NCBI GenBank assembly: GCA_043803685.1
Contig: JAZDJU010000037.1
Coordinates: 128,001-192,000 of the forward strand
From: Candidatus Omnitrophota bacterium
GTDB lineage: Bacteria > Omnitrophota > Omnitrophia > Omnitrophales > Aquincolibacteriaceae
DNA: 64,000 nt
Reading direction: 5' to 3'
Part shown: in pieces, positions 29,004 through 38,089 of the stretch
How the letters are laid out: the number at the start of each line of letters is the position of its first letter
How positions within the stretch are numbered: the first letter of the stretch is position 1
Made by a program: the position numbers and the translations under genes
The notes under the pieces: model-generated
What the model saw: the letters and a program-made list of their open reading frames with translations, nothing else
The model's database searches: none
What the model was told of the DNA's origin: nothing

Positions 29004-30914
29004 TTAATCACAAAAACACGGCAACAGACAGGGCCTATGACATTTCTCAACCGCTTTTTGGGCCCGGACGATCTCAGGACCCGTAAGGATCTCTCTAAGT
29101 GTGTGTTTCCTGATATCTCCATAAACAGAGAAACATGTGGCACACGTCCCCTGGTTAGAAACCAGGACCGTCTTACCGGCAGAGCGGCAGGGGGCATCTC
29201 CGGAATTCAATGTGCCTCGATAGTATTTTTTCATCAGCGCAAGATTCCGGACCGAATTCTTGATGAACCCAGGATTTTCCTCCTTCAACCTGATGAGATG
29301 GTCCAAAACTTCATCCAACACGATGAGCCTGTCTTCCCTCACCCAGAAAGGTGAGGATTTTCTTTCCGCCATCATCAAATTATTAGGCAGCAATGCCTGG
29401 AACTGAAGCGAGTTAGCGCCGAGGGACCTGGCAAAATCGACCAAAGCGGGCAATTCCTCTAAATTATCATTATAGATGATCGCGATCAGATGAAAGCTGA
29501 CTTGAAAGTGTTCTTTTTTGAGCGCGCTAAGGGCCCGTAGCCCTTCGACCGTTTCTTGCCAGGCCGTATCGGAATTCCTCAGATGGTTATGCCTGTTTTC
29601 TTGCAACGAATCCAAAGAGACGACCGGGGAGATCGTTTTGTCCAATAAATACGGCTTCAACTTGCTCATATTTTTATGGATCAAGATGCCATTGGATAGG
29701 ATCCCGAGGTCCTTGATCTTGAGGGCTCTTGCATGATCGAGAATTTCAAAAATATCCGCCCTTGAGAGCACTTCGCCTCCGGATAAAGCAATATTGCCAA
29801 TGCCCAATTCTTTCGCCTGGGAAAGCATCTTCTTGACGCTATCAAGATCCATCTCCTTTTCGTCCCGGGATGTTTTCCAAATATCACAGATCCGGCAACT
29901 CAAATTACAGGCATGTGTAATGTCGAGGATTAGCAGTTCCGGGAGATCGCGTTTGCCCGGACGCGGGCTTTTTGCCAGGTCCGACCTGACTCTGAAAAAC
30001 TCCACAATATTTCCTGCGATATAACAAACCTTATGCAGCGAAAAGAGAGCGTACACAGCGGCTTTCTTGAGCGGGCTCGTGATCTTATGTTCCCGGATCA
30101 CCGCCGTCCCGAGGATGTAGCTGAACCGAGGGATCTTGAGCGTGTTGATCAATGTCGCCATCCAAAATCGGACATTTCCTGTTCTCAATTCCTTCAACAA
30201 AGGATGGTCCCCATGCAAGGACTGAACAAGAAAATTTCCCCTGCCGTATTTATACGCCTGGCCCATGCAACTTTGCAGCGTATCGTTGCGATAGTGGGTC
30301 ACTTGAATATCTTTTTTCCAAAGAAACCGGTGCCCTTTTTTATAAAGACGCCATGACAGTTCCAGGTCTTCGCCTCCGGGCAAGGGAAAAGCCTCGTTAA
30401 ACTTTTCCGCTTCCAGCACATGCCGCTTAAAGGAAACATTGCATGTGGGAAAGAAAATCGTCTCCCGATTCCCGTTGATCCCAGTCTCAATGCTGCCGTT
30501 CGCCAGAAACTGGCCCAACAAAACAGCCGTTTTATCGGTCGCCGTGAGCGTCAGGCCACCGATCGCCGCGATAAGAGGCTGATCACGGTGGGAAGATACC
30601 ATCCCCGTGACCCAGCTTTTCGCGGCAACGCAATCGTCATCGATAAAACAGATAATGTCTCCCCTCGAGGCCGTTACCCCAAGATTCCTGGCCGCAGCGG
30701 GGCCCTGATGGTCCTGGCTCAACATGCGCAGATGGGGATGATGGAGCCTGAGCTCATGGATCAGATGGGCTGTCGGAGCGCTGCCGCCATCATCGATTAC
30801 GATGATCTCGATAAGCTCCTGCGGATAGTCCTGGGCAAATACAGAATCCAAACATTGCGCCAGAAGAACCTCGCGCCGAAAAGTAGGAATGATCACTGAG
30901 ACCTGAACTTCCAT
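29004..30914 (-). CDS. Fusion of a GT2 glycosyltransferase and a radical SAM enzyme with SPASM/twitch-like tail
   Basis: SVIIPT, VIDDGG, FIDDDC, GGEDLE, then CNLSCRIC, LSGGE, LSNG, CRSA...CATC, CHRPCLLPC. Confidence 0.87.
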   Translation of the reverse strand: MEVQVSVIIPTFRREVLLAQCLDSVFAQDYPQELIEIIVIDDGGSAPTAHLIHELRLHHPHLRMLSQDHQGPAAARNLGVTASRGDIICFIDDDCVAAKSWVTGMVSSHRDQPLIAAIGGLTLTATDKTAVLLGQFLANGSIETGINGNRETIFFPTCNVSFKRHVLEAEKFNEAFPLPGGEDLELSWRLYKKGHRFLWKKDIQVTHYRNDTLQSCMGQAYKYGRGNFLVQSLHGDHPLLKELRTGNVRFWMATLINTLKIPRFSYILGTAVIREHKITSPLKKAAVYALFSLHKVCYIAGNIVEFFRVRSDLAKSPRPGKRDLPELLILDITHACNLSCRICDIWKTSRDEKEMDLDSVKKMLSQAKELGIGNIALSGGEVLSRADIFEILDHARALKIKDLGILSNGILIHKNMSKLKPYLLDKTISPVVSLDSLQENRHNHLRNSDTAWQETVEGLRALSALKKEHFQVSFHLIAIIYNDNLEELPALVDFARSLGANSLQFQALLPNNLMMAERKSSPFWVREDRLIVLDEVLDHLIRLKEENPGFIKNSVRNLALMKKYYRGTLNSGDAPCRSAGKTVLVSNQGTCATCFSVYGDIRKHTLREILTGPEIVRAQKAVEKCHRPCLLPCFCD

Positions 30915-30932
30915 CGCCTGGTGTCCTTAAAT

Positions 30933-31700
30933 TTAGAGCTTCTTCAAGATCCCGGGTTCAAATTTAATAAATACCGCCAGCCCTGCGCACACGCTGACCA
31001 GCGCATAGGTGAAGGTCTGTGCAAATAGCACCGGCCCCGGAAGCACCCCTTCAAAAATGATCTTTTGATAAAAAATGATGAATGGCGCCATGGGATTGAT
31101 GTCATACATCCAGAGAAACTGGGCCGGAACCATTTCGATCGTATAAAAAACAGGCGTGACCCAGAACCAGAACATGAGGACCATCCCTAAAAGCTGCCCG
31201 ACGTCCCGGAAAAAAACATTGAGAACGGACAGCGCAAGGCAGAAACCTGCCGCAAGACAAAGGTGCAGAAAAAAGATCAGGGGCAGAAGATGCGCTAAAA
31301 ATATTATTTTAGGATTCGCGATCAAGAAGAGGGGGTACATTGCAACCCAACCGATAAGAAAATTAAAAAAATGAGTCATCACCGACGCGAGGGGGAGAAC
31401 GGCGACGGGGAAACTGAACTGCCGCATCATATTCTGCTGATTGAGTATCGAATTCGTCGCCTCTGACAATGCGCTGGAAAAGAACATCCACGGGATAATT
31501 CCCGAAAGGATAAAGAACGAGAAATGCTCTTGGCCCGACTTAAAGACTTGCGTAAAAACAAAGCTGATCGCGAACATCATCAAAAGCGGGTTGATGATCG
31601 TCCAATAGATCCCAAGGACTGTGCCCGCATATCGGGATTTTAACTGCGCCATGGACAAGCTCCAGAGAGCATGCCGGTAATGAATAATGTTTTTTATCAT
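30933..31700 (-). CDS. wzm: Polysaccharide ABC exporter permease (ABC-2)
   Basis: LKSRYAGTVLGIYWTIINPL, GIIPWMFFS, FFRDV, FWVTPVFY, NPM. About six TM helices. Confidence 0.9.
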   Translation of the reverse strand: MIKNIIHYRHALWSLSMAQLKSRYAGTVLGIYWTIINPLLMMFAISFVFTQVFKSGQEHFSFFILSGIIPWMFFSSALSEATNSILNQQNMMRQFSFPVAVLPLASVMTHFFNFLIGWVAMYPLFLIANPKIIFLAHLLPLIFFLHLCLAAGFCLALSVLNVFFRDVGQLLGMVLMFWFWVTPVFYTIEMVPAQFLWMYDINPMAPFIIFYQKIIFEGVLPGPVLFAQTFTYALVSVCAGLAVFIKFEPGILKKL

Positions 31701-31777
31701 ATTTTATCCCTCAGACCCTGCACCTTTTCAAACTTGCTTCTCTTGAAAGGGCATCGAAAAATCTCCCCCGTCAATAA

Positions 31778-31984
31778 TCACGGGCTCGTTTTACGCGCGC
31801 AAAGAACGAAAAAATCTGCCAGATTCGAAAACCGCATCAACGCTCAAGCGTGGAGCAGAACGCCGTCTACTAGCACCCGCGGGAATACCGCCAGCGGTTT
31901 CCCTGCCCCCGCTCCAGACCGGTGAATTATATTCCTGAATGAGTCTATTGAACAGCCTTCCCAAAAGGCGCCACCGCTCTTCAT
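31778..31984 (-). pseudogene. Possible internally deleted gene relic (methyltransferase-like ends)
   Basis: ATG overlaps the GT4 stop. Reads MKSGGAFWE...LLHA*ALMRFSNLADFFVLCARKTSP* with one in-frame TGA at 31844-31846. Confidence 0.25.
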
Positions 31985-33078
31985 ATCTTCCTTAGAATAT
32001 CCGCCAGTTTTTTTCCAAGAACCCCGAGCGAATAGGCCCTTTCGACTTCCAGTCGAGCTCGCTTTCCGACCTCGCCGCGCAATGTCGGATCTTCGGCAAG
32101 ACGCTCCATTGCGGCAATGAACTCTTTTGGGCCTCTGGCCAAAAATCCCGTTTCACGGTCCCGGAGGATATTTTTCGCTTCACCCCTTTCGCTAGCGACC
32201 GTAGGTTGTGCCATACTCATGTACTCGAAGAGCTTGGTCGGACTTTTCGCCTTATTGAATTTCGTGTCCTGAATCAACGGCAACAGCCCGACATCCATCC
32301 CGGAAAGATGGCTGGGGATCCTGTCAGGATGGATCCAGTCGTGGGCCGTTACCTTATTCCTGTGTTTGTATCCAGAAAGGATCCGCTTCATCTCATCGAA
32401 ATATCTTCCCTCTCCGGCCAGATCGAGCAAGACATGATCGTGCCGGTCGGCCACTTCGGAAAAACAATCCAGCAAAAAACGGATATTGGCACCCATCTCT
32501 TCATGATAGGCCGTTCCGATCCAGGAAAAAACAACGTTTTTCCTGGAAGCGACCCCTTGGGGACAAAAAAAGTCCGTGTCCACGCCGGTCGGAAGATAGT
32601 GGACCGAGGGATTAAATTCCGCGAGGTAATGTTCTAGAAATTTGCTCGCGGCAATGCACGTCGTAGCTCGCCGGGCGACCTGTCGCGTGACATATTCCAT
32701 CTTAGAGCTCGGATAAAAACCCAGGTGGTATGCCGGATTCTCCCGGATATTCCAATCATCACAGTCCAACACCACCCGGTTCCGCTTGGACCAGGAAACA
32801 AGAAGAGGCGCCAGAGCGTGGTAATTCAATCGTTGAAGGATAAAAACCGTGTCAGAAGATTCTTGTGCGAGTCGTTGCAGGGCCTTCATGTTCAGCCCGA
32901 GCTTTTTGAGCCCCGACATTTCCAGTTCTTTTTCGCCGCACTTCGCGCCCAGATCATCGGCGAATGAAAAAACCCGGGCATCGAAACCCTGCCTTTTCAA
33001 TTCCCGGCAAAAATTATAACAACGGACCCTTGCGCCGGACAATCCGTAACCTTCCCGTGTAATAAAAAGGATCTTCAT
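31981..33078 (-). CDS. Glycosyltransferase family 4
   Basis: MKILFIT, LDCDDW, PTGVDT, KSPTKLFEYMS, TGFLA. Confidence 0.87.
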   Translation of the reverse strand: MKILFITREGYGLSGARVRCYNFCRELKRQGFDARVFSFADDLGAKCGEKELEMSGLKKLGLNMKALQRLAQESSDTVFILQRLNYHALAPLLVSWSKRNRVVLDCDDWNIRENPAYHLGFYPSSKMEYVTRQVARRATTCIAASKFLEHYLAEFNPSVHYLPTGVDTDFFCPQGVASRKNVVFSWIGTAYHEEMGANIRFLLDCFSEVADRHDHVLLDLAGEGRYFDEMKRILSGYKHRNKVTAHDWIHPDRIPSHLSGMDVGLLPLIQDTKFNKAKSPTKLFEYMSMAQPTVASERGEAKNILRDRETGFLARGPKEFIAAMERLAEDPTLRGEVGKRARLEVERAYSLGVLGKKLADILRKI

Positions 33079-33995
33079 CGAGAAATTTTCTTTTCTGCGC
33101 CTTCAACAAATCGATTCCTGAGAATACAGTCATAAATGTTTTTCGCCATAAGCTCATAACCGGCATCGTTGGGATGCCAGGAGTCCTTGGGCCAAAGATA
33201 CGCTTGCGGGTCCTGCAACTTCTGAAAAGCCTCGTAATGGTCTACGAGGGGTACGTCAAATTGACGGGCCAAATCTTGCTGGCTGCGCCGAAGCCCTATC
33301 GTCGTATGCATCGGATAGGTGCAAAGGATCACCGGAATGTGGCTCGCTTTGCATAACTTGATCATTTCTTCGATGTCATGCTCCGCAAGATCGTCAAAAA
33401 TACTACCCGCCTCCTCTTTCTTTCTCTCGAGCTCTTCCCTAGCCTCGCCTGAGGGCGGGACGAAGAAATCCCAATGCTCTTTGGGAAAACCATACGCAAA
33501 AGCAAGGCTCTTGAACAATTTCCAGACCCTGAACTGATCAAGAAAGATCAAGACTTGTAAGGTCGCCCGAGACACCGTCGTGTTCTTGCTAAAAAGCAGG
33601 ATATTGCTCCGGTCCATGTTCCACCGGTTATTGACGCCCACAAGAAGAACAATCAATTGCGGCCGGTATTTCATGATATGGCGCGGAAGCTTGGCCAGGA
33701 TCTCAGAGGTGTTCTGGCCGATGGTCTGGTCGAAAAGACATTGGACGTTCGCGCTCGGGTATTGTTTGTTCAACATCTCTTCCAGCTGACGGGGATAGTT
33801 CTTCGAGGCACGGTCACTCGCCCCGACACCCCACGTCGTCGATTCTCCCACGCAATAGATCCTGTATCCTTCGCCGGCGCGCGGGGACGTCTTATGAACG
33901 AGATCATACCCGAACCCCAGAAGCCTCAAGAAAAGCTCCAGTCCGGCAAACGCCAAAAAGATCCCTAATAGAATGCAAACGATCTTATCTTTCAT
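33075..33995 (-). CDS. Membrane-anchored SGNH/GDSL hydrolase or acyltransferase
   Basis: N-terminal TM, YCVGESTTWG, VGVNN, DSWHPNDAGY. Confidence 0.8.
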   Translation of the reverse strand: MKDKIVCILLGIFLAFAGLELFLRLLGFGYDLVHKTSPRAGEGYRIYCVGESTTWGVGASDRASKNYPRQLEEMLNKQYPSANVQCLFDQTIGQNTSEILAKLPRHIMKYRPQLIVLLVGVNNRWNMDRSNILLFSKNTTVSRATLQVLIFLDQFRVWKLFKSLAFAYGFPKEHWDFFVPPSGEAREELERKKEEAGSIFDDLAEHDIEEMIKLCKASHIPVILCTYPMHTTIGLRRSQQDLARQFDVPLVDHYEAFQKLQDPQAYLWPKDSWHPNDAGYELMAKNIYDCILRNRFVEGAEKKISR

Positions 33996-34074
33996 AAACG
34001 CGCCTCATGATCCGATCGGAATGAGATCCCCTTCTCTAGGGTGTCCCATGGATTCGTTCCAACCTGCGAGTGTT

Positions 34075-35763
34075 TCAAGCCTTGAAAAATTGATAGAGTC
34101 CAAACTCTTTAAGTCCCTGGGTCATATCCAGTAAATTCTGATGATTGTCACAGTGGTTGCAATGCTCATCGTAAAGCTTCACGCCGTTCAAACACCTGAC
34201 CTCGGTATTCTTCGACAGGAATTTTGCCTCGATGCGTTTTTGACGGTAATAATCGGACTGCCAGAGTTCCTTCAGGCGGGACTGCTTCAGATCTCCCAGG
34301 GTCCTCAAATGACAGCACATACTCAGATCGCCAAGCGCGGGGATCAAACAAAAGGTCCATCCGATCGTGCACCCCTCTTTTAAAAAAACATCCTTGGACC
34401 ATGCCCCGCTCTCTTCATCGTAATGCTCGAACTGGAACTTGAGACTGCGGATAAAATCAATGCCCGCCTTCTTGAGGACCTCCTCAGCCTTCGGCAGATC
34501 CCTCTTCATTATGGCAAGCTGCTCCTTGGTCAGCCGTAAGTGCCCGTTGTTCTCATCGATCCGGATCATATAGAAACGAGCGGCATCGGTCCCGATATGA
34601 ACATCCATTTCCGCCATGGAGATGAGTTCGTGAAAATTCATGGAGTGAATGACATGCGTCATGATCACGCGAGGGAACGATTTGCCGGATCTTTTCTTCA
34701 ACTCCATCAGGGTCCTCATGTTCTCAACAGTTCTCTCAAAAAGATCGTTCGATCCGGACTCCAGGCAAACCTTGGAATAGGTCTCTGCCGTCCCTGCCGG
34801 AAGAGAGCAATAGATCTCGCGCACTTCAAGCGCCAGGATCCTTTCCGCGATCTCGCGTGTTAAAAGGGCCCCGTTCGTAAAAAAAACAGGCTTGATCCCT
34901 TGGGCCCGCACATAGGCAACCATCTCAAGAAAATCCGGATGCATCAGGGGCTCGCCGTCCCCCTGAAGAATGATCCGGTCAGTCCCGAGCTCCGCAGCGT
35001 CATCCACGATCTCCTTGAATTTTTGAAGATCGATCTTCCGGTCTAAAAACTCCTCCGGATGATGAATGAGCGGATTATGAACGAAACAATGCGCGCACTT
35101 GATATTGCACCGGTGATAAGGGTCCAGAACAATGACCTGGGGCCCCATGATCGCTTCTTCAAAAATAACTCCGAGCATGCGCGCCAGATCATCTTTCCGG
35201 AACGGGTAAAGACGGGCGTTCATTTCGGCTGTCTCAAAAATCTCGGGCAGTTCCTGATCATACCACCCGATCCTGATAGCGGGATGGATCTTGTTGAGTT
35301 CTTCAATGGTCGCGGATAGTTCCTTCGCCAAGTTTTCCACTGGGAAAAACTTGAAGGGCTCCGTGAACACCCGGCCGTCCTCGACACCGCCCCTCAGAGA
35401 CTCAAGGCATAGTCTGTACATCTGCCTGATCCGGAAAAAATTATACCGCGACAAGCCGATCTCGATTATTTTTTGGCTCTGAGCGCGTTCGCGAATATGC
35501 GCGACCACGGCGTCAAAATTTTTCTTTCCGCTGACGCGCTCGTGCAATGCGGCTCGATCACCCAGAAGAACTTTTTCGGGGTTCAGGACCTTCGGAATAT
35601 CGATCATTCCCGCAACACCCTTCACGTCCTGTGCTGCCCGGAAAAAATCCTTCGCCTTCGCAACCGCACGGGCAGGATCAGCCCCGAACAACTTCGCGAC
35701 TTTCCGCAGAAAATCCATACGGCATCTTACGGATAAGAAGTGAACGAGCGTTCGGATCTTCAT
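34075..35763 (-). CDS. Radical SAM/SPASM enzyme with a ~200-aa N-terminal extension
   Basis: Start at the ATGA overlap 35763. CNIKCAHC, QGDGEPLMHP, FTNG, CTIGW...MCCH...HCNHCDNH. Confidence 0.85.
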   Translation of the reverse strand: MKIRTLVHFLSVRCRMDFLRKVAKLFGADPARAVAKAKDFFRAAQDVKGVAGMIDIPKVLNPEKVLLGDRAALHERVSGKKNFDAVVAHIRERAQSQKIIEIGLSRYNFFRIRQMYRLCLESLRGGVEDGRVFTEPFKFFPVENLAKELSATIEELNKIHPAIRIGWYDQELPEIFETAEMNARLYPFRKDDLARMLGVIFEEAIMGPQVIVLDPYHRCNIKCAHCFVHNPLIHHPEEFLDRKIDLQKFKEIVDDAAELGTDRIILQGDGEPLMHPDFLEMVAYVRAQGIKPVFFTNGALLTREIAERILALEVREIYCSLPAGTAETYSKVCLESGSNDLFERTVENMRTLMELKKRSGKSFPRVIMTHVIHSMNFHELISMAEMDVHIGTDAARFYMIRIDENNGHLRLTKEQLAIMKRDLPKAEEVLKKAGIDFIRSLKFQFEHYDEESGAWSKDVFLKEGCTIGWTFCLIPALGDLSMCCHLRTLGDLKQSRLKELWQSDYYRQKRIEAKFLSKNTEVRCLNGVKLYDEHCNHCDNHQNLLDMTQGLKEFGLYQFFKA

Positions 35764-36677
35764 TTTTCGCTCTTGGACAACCTTGCTAAGCGTGAAAAGA
35801 AGATCCCTATCACTCTCGGTCTGAAAAATAGAACGTGACACCACGCGAAGATATCATAAAAAAGCATCGGTATCAGATGAAGGCAAAATCCCAAGATGGA
35901 TTCATTTTTCACAATGGTCCGATAGCGATTTTGGATCAGATCCATGTAGAATTCATCGCTGAGATAACGGCGCGCCAGGGGCTTCCCCTGCCCGGATTCG
36001 CGGCGCACGGATCCTCCCCGAACATGACATGCCACCGCCGTAGGCACATAATAGGCCTTCCACCCGCGATGATGCGCTCTCCACGAAAGATCCAGATCTT
36101 CATAGAACATGCGAAAAGCGGGATCGAAAAAACTCGCGCCTTCTTTGATCTCCTCGAGCATCTTCCGGCGATAGAAAGCCACGGCCCCGCCGACTCCGAA
36201 AATGAACCCTTCCTTTTCAAACTGGCCACGATCCAAACAGCCATACCCTCTTTCACGAGCCGTTCGCGAAACGCTCAAAAATAATCCCGTCGTGTCCAGT
36301 GTCCGATGGTCCGGACGCAAGATCTTTCCGCTCACCATTCCGACGGTTTCACTGACCGCAAACCCATTCAGGGCTTTGCTGATAAAATCATCTGCGAGCG
36401 TTGCGTCATCGTTCAAACATAAGACGAGCTCGCCCTGGCTCAGGGCGATCCCGCGGTTCAAGGATTCCCCGTAGTAAAGATTTTTTTCAGGGATAACTAT
36501 TTTTACCGAAGGATAAGCCTCTCTCGCCTTTGGCTCCACGGTCGCGTCCATCGCATTATTAACGAGAATCACTTCCGCGGGAGGACAGGTTTGCCGGCGC
36601 AGGGATTCCAGACATGCCACAAAAAAATCATTACGTCCGCGCGTCGGAACAATAACGCTAACCGAAGGATTATGCAT
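35760..36677 (-). CDS. Glycosyltransferase family 2 (WbbL-like)
   Basis: SVIVPT, CLNDDA, AVAFYRR, FYEDLDLSWR. Start taken at MHNPSV. Confidence 0.85.
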   Translation of the reverse strand: MHNPSVSVIVPTRGRNDFFVACLESLRRQTCPPAEVILVNNAMDATVEPKAREAYPSVKIVIPEKNLYYGESLNRGIALSQGELVLCLNDDATLADDFISKALNGFAVSETVGMVSGKILRPDHRTLDTTGLFLSVSRTARERGYGCLDRGQFEKEGFIFGVGGAVAFYRRKMLEEIKEGASFFDPAFRMFYEDLDLSWRAHHRGWKAYYVPTAVACHVRGGSVRRESGQGKPLARRYLSDEFYMDLIQNRYRTIVKNESILGFCLHLIPMLFYDIFAWCHVLFFRPRVIGIFFSRLARLSKSEK

Positions 36678-36772
36678 GCTCGATGTCCGCCACACGCGAT
36701 CGCTCCCTGAGATCTTGAAAAGTCTTCATATCCCTATCAAAACGATCTGCGCATCATGCGGATGTTGATCTT

Positions 36773-38089
36773 TCATTCCTGAAGCAGCTTTTGAGCGACT
36801 TGCCTGCCGTCCAGGATCGCGTCTTCCATCGACATGTATTTCCAGGCGCCATACCGCCCGCAGGGGAAAATATCCTTGGCGCGCAAGAAATCAAAGATCA
36901 CGCTTTTCGCCCGGGCATGATCATGATCATAAATAGGATAACCATACTCGACATCGTTGATATCTTCCGCGAGGACCCTGTTGCCGGGAGACAGGAATCC
37001 TGTCTTAGCAAGGTCCCGGGTAATACGAAGCAGGATCTTCTGCTTATCGATGGGCTTGCGTTTGGAATACGAAACCTCAGCGTAAAGGGAACCTTTTCCC
37101 GAGGGTGCGACGCGGGAAGAAAAGTGATGCGGAAAACCAACGCGAAAAAAGCTTTTCTCTTTCTGCGGGAAATAGATCCAGTGCCATCCCGCGGAGGCTT
37201 CGCTAAAACGGGTCCCAAGGTTCAGGTTGAAAATGGAATTCCACCTTAACCGGTCAAAAGCATTCCGCACGGCTTGAGGAAGGTCCGGGATCATGGAGGA
37301 CAGTTCGGGAAGCGGCACGGTCGAGATCAGGCGATCAAATTTTTCTTTTCGCCCTGCGAAGGTTTCGATCTCTTTCCTTCCAAGATGGATCCTGAAAACG
37401 CCGTTTCCGGTGCGAAGGGACTGCAGGGATCCCGCGAACGCCTGCGGCAATTGTTCGATCCCGCCCGCCCTCGGATACCAGAAGTAAGCGTTATACCCCA
37501 ACTGATCCGTGCTTTTCCTGCGGGCCCCATGCCGCACTTGCTCCAGGGACGGAACAGGCACCATTCCTTCGAGCCATTCACAGGTCATCTCTTTGGGCGG
37601 AACCGTCCAGAATTTGGCGTTGTAAGGGTCCATAAAATGCCGGGCGATACCGCTCCCGAAGGTCTGGCGGGTCCATTGAAAAAAATTCTCGGGTCTTTGC
37701 CGGAAGGGCTCTTTCCCTTGTTTCTGGGCGCGCACAAAACCCTCCAGGCATTCTTTAACGATCTTCGGTGGAAGACCGAAAAGATTCGCCTGAAAAGGAT
37801 ACCGTGTATAACGGCCGCACACGGAGACCCACGCGCTCCTCTCGTGTTTGACAAGACGGCCTTTCAATAATTTCCGGACGAGATCGAAAACATAGGGGCT
37901 CTTGAAATGCAGCAAATGCCCGCTGTAATCAAAGACAAAACCGTTGACGTTCTTGGAGCGGCATAATCCGCCGATCTCATCTTCTTTTTCAAGGATGAGA
38001 CACGGAACGCCTTCTTTTTCCAGATGCCATGCGGCACTGAGCCCCGCGATCCCGGCGCCGAGAATAAGGATCTTCTTGGAGGATCTCAA
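36773..38089 (-). CDS. FAD-dependent oxidoreductase, UDP-galactopyranose mutase/protoporphyrinogen oxidase-like
   Basis: ILGAGIAGLS, GGLCRS, FDYSGHLLH, YPFQ, FWYP..GG, YGYP, GRYGAWKY. Start taken at a TTG overlapping the upstream stop. Confidence 0.75.
   Translation of the reverse strand: MRSSKKILILGAGIAGLSAAWHLEKEGVPCLILEKEDEIGGLCRSKNVNGFVFDYSGHLLHFKSPYVFDLVRKLLKGRLVKHERSAWVSVCGRYTRYPFQANLFGLPPKIVKECLEGFVRAQKQGKEPFRQRPENFFQWTRQTFGSGIARHFMDPYNAKFWTVPPKEMTCEWLEGMVPVPSLEQVRHGARRKSTDQLGYNAYFWYPRAGGIEQLPQAFAGSLQSLRTGNGVFRIHLGRKEIETFAGRKEKFDRLISTVPLPELSSMIPDLPQAVRNAFDRLRWNSIFNLNLGTRFSEASAGWHWIYFPQKEKSFFRVGFPHHFSSRVAPSGKGSLYAEVSYSKRKPIDKQKILLRITRDLAKTGFLSPGNRVLAEDINDVEYGYPIYDHDHARAKSVIFDFLRAKDIFPCGRYGAWKYMSMEDAILDGRQVAQKLLQE

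Noticed and set aside
2574..35763. RiPP cluster interpretation of the many radical SAM/SPASM genes
   Set aside because: No PqqD/RRE domain, peptidase, peptidase-containing transporter or convincing precursor peptide was seen. The context and the fusions point to glycans.
31844..36776. TGA readthrough or alternative genetic code suggested by in-frame TGAs in two gaps (near 31845 and 36727)
   Set aside because: Many intact genes end in TGA with ATGA overlaps and are full length under the standard code. No SECIS-like context is evident.
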